64,000 nt of DNA from Geosiphon pyriformis uo1 (Eukaryota > Fungi > Glomeromycota): contig JAAOMT010000608.1 in NCBI GenBank assembly GCA_016748015.1, forward strand, positions 124,001-188,000, read 5' to 3'. How positions within the stretch are numbered: position 1 is the stretch's first letter; every line of letters begins with the position of its first letter. Both the position numbers and the translations under genes were made by a program. Positions 40,837 through 51,169 of the stretch are shown piece by piece. Below the pieces are notes generated by a model. That model saw only the letters and a program-made list of their open reading frames with translations. It was not told the DNA's origin and did no database searches.

Positions 40837-42286
40837 ATGGAGAAAAATTATATTGACATAAATGAGAATTTCAAAAAAGATACGATTGATACACCAATTG
40901 TTATTGTTGACGATTTGACCTTTTCCTGGCCTTCGAAGACAGAACAAAAGCTCAAGTCGGTTCCTTTTTACGTTACTCAGGAAACAGTAATGCCCGTCGT
41001 TTTTATTGACGACTTGGCTTTTCAAAAGAGGAAAGAATATCAGAGACCACGAGTTATTTCATCTTTATATGAAAATTCCAGCATTTATGATATTGACTCA
41101 ATTTACAAAGGGAACCAACATTTTTCGAGCGATTCGAATTTTTCGCATGTGCAACAAAACGACAATTCAACCAATCCTTCGGATGAGGAAAATTCTGCAG
41201 CATCACCCGATCCAGAATCGGCTGATGATATACCGATTTTGTTTATCGATGATTTATCATACTTTCAACAAATAGATGCTAAGAAATCATCTTTTCATTC
41301 GAAAAGAAATCCACAAAACTATAACAGTGCATTCAGGTTCGCTGCAAAGAAATTAAGAGACATTAACCCAAAAGTGTTCTCAGCTAGAAAATTTAAACAC
41401 CCGAACCGACGAAATTATGAACTCGTAAATGAATTGGCATACTTCATCAATGAACGTCAAAGAATATTTTTAAAGAAATCTCGAGGGGAAAAGCCACCAT
41501 TCACAAATGACTTTGCTTTAGCAACTTATCGCTTTACGAATGTGAGTCAATTCTTTTATTCGTGCCTCATTTAAGCAATTCAAATTCTATAGTTTTATCA
41601 AAATCTAGGTTTTCCGTGAAGACGATCGAGCCTCGAGGATTATATTCAACCTACTTTCCAAAAACACCCTAGATGATCTAAACTACATTCCAAATCTCAT
41701 TCTTCACCGATTAGTCTCTAGACCAATTATTAATGAAAGCTTAGGTTATGTGACCAATATAAAAAAGGCATGGAAAGCTATGGAGAGGCGCCAAAAGAGA
41801 GGGCTCCCAATTAGCACTTCTGCTTTCCAATCCACCTTATCATGGAAAGAAAGATATGAACAATGGCTGAAAGTCTTTGAGAATGGAAATGATCTTTTTC
41901 AAGCCATAATTGAAAGGAATCCAAAGCCGACTCTTGCAGATGCGTATATAGTATTACTTGATGACAAACGTATACCACAAATCGGGACATTTACAGCATG
42001 GCAGATAGCTGCTGACATGTATATGATGAACTTAATCACTTATGGGGAAAATAAAGATTATGCTGTATTAGGTCCAGGGGCACGGCAAGGGCTCAAATTA
42101 TTTGGTAATATTTCTCTTAGTTGCCTTCTTAAAAAGGTGAATCAAAAGCTTGGTAATCACTTTCAAGGGCGGAAGCTTAAGGGGTTGGATTTAGAGCATA
42201 TGCTGTGTGAATTCCAAAAGTACAAGAAAGTAATAAATGGCGAGTTTTCTGGATTACGTTTGTTGGAAACTGTGGATCGAAAGTAA
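40837..42286 (+). CDS. aGPT-Pplase1 / 5-hmdU DNA kinase helical-domain homologue (phage thymine-hypermodification family, HhH-glycosylase-like fold), 460 aa
   Basis: FINERQRIFLKKSRGEKPPFTNDFALATYRFTN|VFREDDRASR (intron 41542-41608, GTGAGT...CTAG), IGTFTAWQIAADM, LGPGARQGL, DLEHMLCEFQKY. Confidence 0.85.
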
Positions 42287-43159
42287 TTTGATCTCATATG
42301 GAAAGTTTCAGTTCTGCTTTAAAAATTATACTAGTTTAATTTCATTTAGTAGGTTTTCACAATTAATAATTACAAAGAATTTTGGTTGTATATAGTAATT
42401 TGAAAGATTCCTATTCCCAATTTTCTTTCAATTCATTTTCATATTTTTAATTTGATTATTGATGTCAATTAAGCTTAATTAGGATTATAAATCTTGCAAT
42501 TTAGGTTATTGGATAAGTTAGCATTATGAAAAGATCATATTACACGTTAACAAAAAAACCAATCACACTACCCAAATTTGATGATCAATACTTATAAAAG
42601 TTAAAAATTAATACTATTGGTGATGGTAATCTTACAACATTTTTGGGAATATTTTTAATTCTTTTAAATCAGGCTTCTTTCTTTCCATCATTTTTTTAAT
42701 TTTCTGAAAAATTTCAACATAATTAATTATCTATCGAAAACAAAACCAAGATGTTCATTTTTATTAAAAATCTACCCTATACAAAAACCTTCCTCCGATC
42801 CTTTGGCATGTGGGAAATTTGTCTTTCACCACAATACCAGTGTTCAAAGTATTAAAAACAACTCCCAGCCATTTGATCAGTGAATTCTAATTATCATTTT
42901 GGGGTATTTTTGAATCATTTTTCTTATAGACATTTCGTTTTCTGTGTTCTATCCTCAATTTTGGATATTATCCTATATAGTTTAGATCCCGAATGGACTT
43001 CATCCAATAACGTAATAAAACGTATCCTTGGAATGATGGAATGATGGAATGGAGATCATATTCAATTGGGAAAGTGATACACAACGAAATCTCCTATTGT
43101 GCGCCATCTTTTAAGCACTCACCAATCCCTATGGAAAATTTATCCGTTCCATTTTTAAA

Positions 43160-45014
43160 ATGACTGAACCACCACAAAGCGGTTTACATAAACCAATAAT
43201 TGGCGATACTTTAGAATTTATCAAATCAGTAGGTTCTTGGTCAAGGGCAGTGGCTAAACAAGGGGATGTAATACGAGCAGATATTCGTTTTCTTAATGGC
43301 ATCCAAAGTGACACGGTCTATCATCTTTGCGGAGCCGAAGCCTTAAAAGCCTTCTATGATGAAGAAAATGTTGAACGCGGGAAAATACGTTCACCTTTTG
43401 ATGCGTACATGTTTAACAATTCACTCAATATCGTGCCTAAATTGAATGGAGAGGCTCATAAAGTTCGCAAAGGTTGAAATCCATGAAGAATGTCGAGCTT
43501 TTTCTTTCTGCAGAATGTAAGAGCTAAATTCATTACTCAATTAATTTTGATCCATCGAAAAACTTAGGAATCATATTGCAAGTTATCCATTCCCCAGAAA
43601 GTATTGATAGATTTCTTCAAACTGTGAGCGCTTTGAGTGATGGTTTGATCGAAGAACTAAGATCGAAAATTGTGGAAGAAACACCATCCAAGATTTTATT
43701 TAATGATTTTATTCGAAAGTTCGTTGCTCGATTCACAGTAAGATTTCTCTTCAGTTGGGAAGAAGACGAAGAATTTATTCGGAAACAATTCGAAGTGATT
43801 ACGGATATATCATGTGATATTTTCATTGTCTATAATTTAAGTTAACTGCATGCTTTTTTAATCTTTAAAAATACCAAGCATATTTATATATCAAAATTTG
43901 CAGCAACTCCAATTGATATTCCTTTCACGCGATTCCATGATGGAATTAAAATTGTCAAATGGTTCTTAGAGTTTTCAAAAGCACGTTTAAAGGAACACCG
44001 TCAGAATCCTGAAGACTATAAAGATACAATGAAGCTTCTGGCCACGGCGAAGCCAGAGCTTACTGATGAAGAAGTGATAATAGAAACCCAGCATCTGATT
44101 TTTGCGCTAAATGGGATTTCTTCAGTTATCAGCGGGGCTATTATGTTACTTTCTCGTGAGGAAAATCAAGGTATTTCATATTTAACTGACTTGAAATAGA
44201 AGATTATTTATATTAATTTGGCTTTTAATATTTAAGGGCAATTTGCTAAATTTTTACAAGAGGTTCAAGAAAACCTATCCTTCTTGAAACATGTTGATAA
44301 ACTCTCGTTTACAGGAAAATATATCGAACAAAAACTTCCATATACACGTTTTGTGGTTCAAGAAACATTGCGCTTTTATCCTGTTGTTCTACTACAAATT
44401 GGTAAAGTTTTGTTCATTTTAAAGACCATGATGCACAATTATTTATGAACTGATCTTCCCGAATAATTTTAGGAAATGCTGTAAGAGATTTTACAGTAAA
44501 AGGCTACAAAATTCCAAAAGATAGTATAGTTATTGCAGCGTTATGGGCAAATGGTATTCGACCAAATTTCAAATCGAACTCGTTTCTTTGATTATCAGAC
44601 TTCGGAACTCAAACCTTGACAACTTTGTAACATTGTAGGATTCGATGAAAAAATATACAATAATCCGATGGTATTTCGGCCTGAACGATATGAAAGTGAA
44701 ATAAAAAATACTACATCTGGTTACGAGTGGACTAGCTTTGGTGGTGGGGATCCATTTAAAACTCATAAATGGTAAAGAAAATTTCCTTTGTCCATTTTTC
44801 TTTTGGCTAAATGTTTCTCATTTACATTAATCCTGGTTTATGATCAATTAGCGCGGCTCAACCTGCAGTACTTGATATGTGTTCATACATTGTAGCTCGT
44901 CTATTCGCAGAATTCGAGTTTGAGCTTATCGACAAATTTCAGGAATTCGATTTATCGAGTACCTTCCCTAGACCAAAAGAAGAACTTCCTATTTTGGTCA
45001 GGAACAGAAAATAA
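43160..45014 (+). CDS. Soluble cytochrome P450 resembling bacterial CYP152-type enzymes, six introns
   Basis: No TM anchor; GAEALKAFYDEENVER, LNGEAHKVRK, VQETLRFYP, FRPERY, FGGGDPFKTHK|CAAQ with the heme Cys codon split TG|C by intron 44772-44851; stop TAA 45012-45014. Confidence 0.85.
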
Positions 45015-46104
45015 ATAAAATTTCTAACAGTTGGCTGATTTTCAAACATTCCAGAATAAAATGCATATCTCGTATTATTAAATATAATTGAAGGCTAATG
45101 CTTTTAATTTTCCCCTCAACGTTTTAAACTCGACATAAAGGAAAAGTAAGTTTGACAAATACCGCTTCCTCTTCGACAAAAAACAATCTAGCTCAGAACA
45201 AGATTCAACAAACATATGATGTTTCAGTTAAAACATTGGGGTGATGGGCTGTTTTCCGAAAGGTGGTTATTGTTAAAACAATGAAAGGAAATTAATTCTA
45301 TTCAATGAAAAATGGACACAAAACTTTTGAAAATGATCAACAGCCACAATTCACGCAAAAGGCCAACAAGGTTTGTCAGTTTAGAAGATCAAAGTAATTT
45401 TGAATCTTTGATAGTGTTATCTAAGACACAAAATTATCCGTGACAATGATACAGAATTCATTTGTAAATAGCAAAGTTTTACTACTTTTTTGAATAAATA
45501 TATGTTAAAAAGATTGATAAAGTGGTAATAATTTGAGAAAGTCATTTGTGTTATTTTGAATTTAAACATGTAAATTTTTGAAAAAACAAAATAGTTCAAA
45601 TAGAACATTTTGACATTAGTCATAAAAAACATATAATAAGATGAAAATTTCGAAAAAATAAAATTTTAATAATTTCATATTAAATAGCTTAATAGACTTT
45701 TAATTTTAAGAATGATTGTAGTGAATTTTAAATAAAATAAAAAAACCAAAAAAATTTATAATATATCTTAAATACTAAAAAAAAATTTACCATAAATTTT
45801 AATATTTCTGTAAAAAAATAAAAACAATTAAGCCTCAATATAATAATTGCTTTATTATTACAATATATAAAAAATAAATTTAATAAATTTACCAAATAAT
45901 AAATTTTTGGACTTAATGCTAATTATTAACAATTTTTATAAAAATAAATTTAAAGTTAAATACAATAATAATTAATCTTAAAATTAAAAATAAATAAATA
46001 AATAAATACAGCAATTATTTTTAAAAACAAAACATTTATTAGAAAAAGATTTAAAATATGAATCGATTAATCTATAAACATTATAATTTTAATATATACA
46101 ATTA

Positions 46105-47423
46105 CAGTCCTCCCGAAAAGTAATGGCGGGGTATTTTTTTTATTTTTATTTTTTTTATACATAATAATTTCTGTTTAAATTTTAATATTTAATAGATATA
46201 TAAGTAAATAATATATATGCAGAAAATTAATATTTAGTATGTCCTCCTTTTACACTAATACAATCTTGAATTCGATTTTGCATACTAGTAATACAGTTAA
46301 GAATGGCCTCATTAGACAGATTATTCCATTCTTCTTCTACTATTGTAATAAAAATCGCTTGAGAGATATTTTTTTGTGTGCTATTATTGCTTTGACTTTT
46401 TTCTCAACATTTCGTTTAAGAATAGCCCAAATATTCTCAATTGGATTGAGATCTGGACTATATGATGGCCAAGACAAAACGCGATTTGGCAGTTGCATCT
46501 CAAGATCTGCGCGAACATCTTTTGAAGTATGCTTTGGATCGTTATCATGCTGGAAAATTCAACGTTGTCGTCCATATATGCTAGTTGCATTGTAATATAA
46601 ATTCTCATTGAGAATTTTACGATAAAGATGTCGGTCCATATTTTCTGTAAAGATGCACATTCCAACTTTTCCATATGCACAAATTGCTCCCCACATATGA
46701 AGTTTAAATGGATGTTTTACCATTGGTGCAATAGGTTTACCCGAATGAGACCAAGCTAAGCAAAGTATTTCGAAACATTTGTAAAGTTGTTTCATCTGAA
46801 AATACTACTTTGTGCTAATTATAATTAGAATGTTCTTGAGCCCATACTAATCGGTTTTGTTTGACTTGTTCGGTGAGTAGAGGTACACGTCTTGGTAAAA
46901 CAGCTGTATAACCAAGCCTAGAAAGTTCATCGCGAATAGTCTGTTCACTTATTTCAATCTCAAAATATGTTTTTGCAAGTTGTGCCTTGATTTCAATTGC
47001 TGTAGTAAAGTGATTTCGATTTACGATTTTCCAATCTGGCGACGCATTTTTGGTAAAGTTTTTCGTGGACGACCTGCACGATGAATTGCTCGAATTTGAC
47101 CATTTTTACGAAGTTGTCCTATATATCGTTCACAAGAGCGAAGAGGAACATTTGTTTTTCGAGATATTTCGGTTGGACTTCGATAACCTTGTTGCCAAAA
47201 TCTCTTAACGACTTCACGATTGAATTTTACAGGATTATATTTCATTACAAGAAATAAAACGCGTTATTGATCAAAACAATTTTGTTTTAAAAAATAAAAA
47301 TAGTAGCATGGAATGTATGCGCGTACAAATTATTACTTAAAATGTCTTAACAATAGCTGATCGGACCATAATAAGAATTACGCGCCGCAAGAGTTACCCC
47401 GCCATTACTTTTCGGGGGTACTG
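46105..47423 (-). mobile_element. Tc1/mariner-IS630 superfamily DNA transposon, 1319 bp, full length with inactivated transposase
   Basis: 29-bp TIRs CAGT(C/A)C(T/C)CCCGAAAAGTAATGGCGGGGTA (27/29 match) at 46105-46133 and 47395-47423, flanked by TA at 46103-46104 and 47424-47425. Confidence 0.95.
46240..47245 (-). pseudogene. Tc1-like transposase pseudogene (DD35E)
   Basis: HTH N-terminus with GRPRK, VVFSDET, HMWGAI, FQHDNDPKHTS, WPSYSPDLNPIENIW; two Trp codons mutated to stops (TAG, TGA) and frameshifts. 3' end approximate. Confidence 0.9.
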
Positions 47424-47674
47424 TAATATTACAAAATGAACTGAAAAAGAAAAGCTTTAAATAATACTTGTAAACATTGTTTGATTAAAAAAGCCAATTT
47501 TTGATTATTCAGCAGATTCAGTAAACCCTATCAATACTAAATTCTGAAAAATTAAAAAGTCACTCTTTTTCTTTGTCTTTGTAGACTTTTATTATAGATA
47601 AAAATTTACTGGTTTCAATTCATAATTTTTAAAGAAATCAAATATGAAACTTGATAATTCATTTGTTTGGGTAT

Positions 47675-49823
47675 CTAAAGATTAGGTTTAACCTTCCAAA
47701 ACTCATCATGCGCCTTCTGATAAAACTCATCATCAACCAAGGCGTCTAATGCAGTTAAAGCCAAACATTTAGCAGCTCGAACAGTTCTGATGTGTGCTTC
47801 TTCGGTCTTTGCATCTTTCGCAAACTCAGGGGTGTGAATCATGTTCTCCGTTCCGATGTTATACCTATGAGGGAAAAATAAAGATTGAATCAAAGAAATA
47901 AAATCATTTGATACTTCTGCCTGTTGCAATTTTCATACTACATACCGTGCATGAAATCCTGGTACCTCATAACTGACATTCCCCTTTAAAAATAAGTAAT
48001 CAGATGAAAGGGATATGATTTTTCGAAAATGAAGGGTGCAAAGAAAATACCATATCAGTTGATCCTCCAGAAGTAGGTACATTAGGATATTCGACACCTC
48101 TTTCTATCATGTATTTTTTGAACCGATCGGCTAGGGTGTGGTTTACCAAAACATCTGGTGAAGTAATAATCAATAGGTACAGTTTTTTTGAGGAACCAAC
48201 AAAACCAATTCCATTTTTGGCTTACCAAAACATTCTGACTCCCATTTAATGCTGATATCACAACTTGTTGCGCTAGCTGCAGCTGTAAAACAGGCTTCTA
48301 CTCTTGGCCGAAGTTCGCGGAGCTGCGAAATATACTTGGATCGAATCATGTATTGGACAGTGGTACGAGCTGGGATAACTTTTACAAGGAAATTGGTTCA
48401 GTTTGCCATCATCAAACTTTGAGAACTTAAAAAGAAGTCTTATTGCTTACTATTTGCAGCTTGACCTCCATTTTTGATGATTCCATGAATTCTTAGACAC
48501 GTTTATCAGAGTATAAGATAAGCAAAAGATAATAAAAGATAAAATATTAATATATGTTCCAAGATATTGGTGAAGCTAAACTCAATAAAGTATTTTTCAA
48601 ATAAACCCAAGGACCTGTCAGTTGGTAAGATCTGTTGTCTGAGCAATGAGAGAGCATTGTAAGCTAAAACCGCAGCATCAAGAGCATTTTTCCCTATATT
48701 GATAAGAGAATAATTATTAAAAAATAACCCAAGATACGCGAAATGGGATATTTTTTTATACACCTTGCCATGGAGAGGCTGTCGATGAATGCAAAATAAA
48801 AAAATGATCCAAATGAGTATTCAAGTAAATTGATTTAGATACATGTCAAATAAAATCTACCTGCAGCATGGGCAGGCTTTCCCACATATTCAACCCAAAG
48901 AATTTGACATGCTACATAAACTGGGTCCAAGGTATCGACCCATCTTACGATAAAAAGCGACTATTAGTTATATGAGCCAATTATAAGGTAAATTCATTAT
49001 TCAATAGACATTACCCTGGGTGCAACATTATGCAAATATCCACATCTTTGTAGGCTCCAGCTTGGATTAATTTGGATTTTCCCCTGGCTATCTCTGAATG
49101 GACATTTTCAAAAGCGTCACCTTGGAAAATTCAAAGATTAGCAAAAAAAATGGTCATTCTCACCCACCTTCAGCTGGAGTTCCAAAAAGTACCACTTTTC
49201 CAGCAATATTTTTAGATTTTATAACTGACATTACACCTGCAAAACATTATAATAAATTAGGTATTTCCCGGCCTAAAATTAGAGAATACGTCACTTGAAA
49301 TCTCAATAGAAACACCATAAGCAGCTGCAACGCCAGAAATTGCAATCAAGTTATGCCCGCATCCATGTCCGATTCCAGGAAGAGCATCATATCTATCATT
49401 AATAATTCTCAATATTAAAGATTTAAAAATCAATTCAAAAATAACATGAAATAGAAACGTACTCAGAATTAAAAGAAACAACCGGCCGTTTTCGGCTTAT
49501 ATGGGGGTCCTGATCTAACTCGTTTACAAATTCTGCACGAAAGGCAGTTTCGAGGTTATAAGCGTGCCTTGTTATGGTAAAGCCTTTAGATTGCAAATAA
49601 TCGGTGAGAATCTTATGAGCAAATCGTTCTTGGCTGCTTATTTCGGGGTGCGAGTGGATCTTAAAAGCATGGAATCATTAATATTGACGCCAAAAATTTG
49701 TTTAATTCATTGCAAATTTCCTTTCAACTATACCTGCAAACTGAGATCCCGTAATTCTTTGGAAATCTCTTCTATCGCTGAGTCCACGATTTGGCTGAAT
49801 TCGCTTCGTAAAATTTCTGCCAT
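47675..49823 (-). CDS. Peptidase M20 family amidohydrolase (PM20D2/ACY1L2-like), about 13 exons
   Basis: IHSHPE, E|YDALPGIGHGCGHNLIA, LFGTPAE|E, MLHP, GKPAHAA|ASPWQ|GKNALDA, GGSTDM|GNVS, HTPEF. Confidence 0.93.
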
Positions 49824-51169
49824 GGTTTGTTCTTGATTTATGTTGACAAGGATGTTGACCAGGATCATCAAATGGAATAAAATGGCAAAAAGGCTTAAAT
49901 GAGCATTTCCTTATTGAGATCTTTATTAAAATTATTCCTTAATTTCCGGTTATTATTGTTGTATACAAAATAATATTCAGTAGAAAAAAATAACAAGATA
50001 TATCAATGTTTAAAATATGGTTAAAAAAAAATTAAGATTAATGAGAGTTTAAAAATATTAAATTTGATAAATAAAATAATAAATCAAATGGTTTATTAAA
50101 TGTTTTCTAATGTATATGTTGAACAAAGATTTTTTTTTAAAAATATTTTTTGAAATCAAAGCCATTTAATTAACAGTTCAAATTTTAAATAAAAAAAATA
50201 AGTTTCTTAAAATCTTGATAATCTTTTATATTCTCATATATTTGCATAAATTTGACTAAAACTTATGTATTAAAATTATTATAAAAATTATTATAAACTA
50301 AATATTTTTTTCTGATAACAACAAATAGCTTAAAAACAAATGTTACAAGATTGAATAACATTTATGTAATAGTTTGTAAAAAACTAATTTTAAAAACAAA
50401 AAGAATTTAAAATAGTCAGAAAAGCAAGATAGGTAATGAATAAATTGGAAAAAAAGTGGTTAAATATAAAATATGTTAATAATATTTGGATTTTTATTAA
50501 ACAGCGATAAAATGACAGTCGATAACAATATCTAACAGTGCGTACTTGAGTTTAATTGAAGCCATCTAAAATTTTTTAAGTAATATATATTAAGATTTCA
50601 ATATAGACTTGAGAAATTGCAAATAGAATCGAGACTTTTAAAAGTCTTTAAAGTCGGATATCGAAGTTACTATGAAATAGTTTAATAGGGAATATAAATT
50701 TTAAATTTACAAGATATAGTAATTAATTATAAGAGTTTGTCAACTATTCAATGAGTTGTTTTTGAAAATTAATAAGCAAAAAGGAGGGATAAATAATAAT
50801 TAATATGAATTAAAAAAAATATATTTTCAACTTATAATATATTTAAGGCTAGGAATGATGTTGGAAATTTTAAGAGTTTATAAACCTTTTAAAATAAGGT
50901 GTAGGGAGTTTAACAAAATTCGAATAAATAAAATAAAGTAAAATATTTCAAGGCATTTTTAGTGAGGCATATGTTAAGGGTATTTTTTTTCAGAGATCTC
51001 TCCTTAAACTTTTATTTATTTATAAAGTATAGATCTGTAAATAAAAAAATTATCGTTAGTTAAGAAATTCATAGAAAGTAATATTTGATTCGCCAATAAA
51101 AATAAAACCTCATTGATTTGCCAACTTTGTCTTTTTTCTCACATTTTGTTTGATTCTCATCTCTTTTAA

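Noticed and set aside
43022-43029. GTATCCTT (also 58442) resembling a U12-type 5' splice site
   Set aside because: Outside coding exons, and no matching TCCTTAAC branch site was found.
46239-46595. 118-aa plus-strand ORF
   Set aside because: Antisense to the transposase pseudogene.
46550-46820. TGG to stop changes as evidence for RIP
   Set aside because: Only two events, in different dinucleotide contexts; insufficient.
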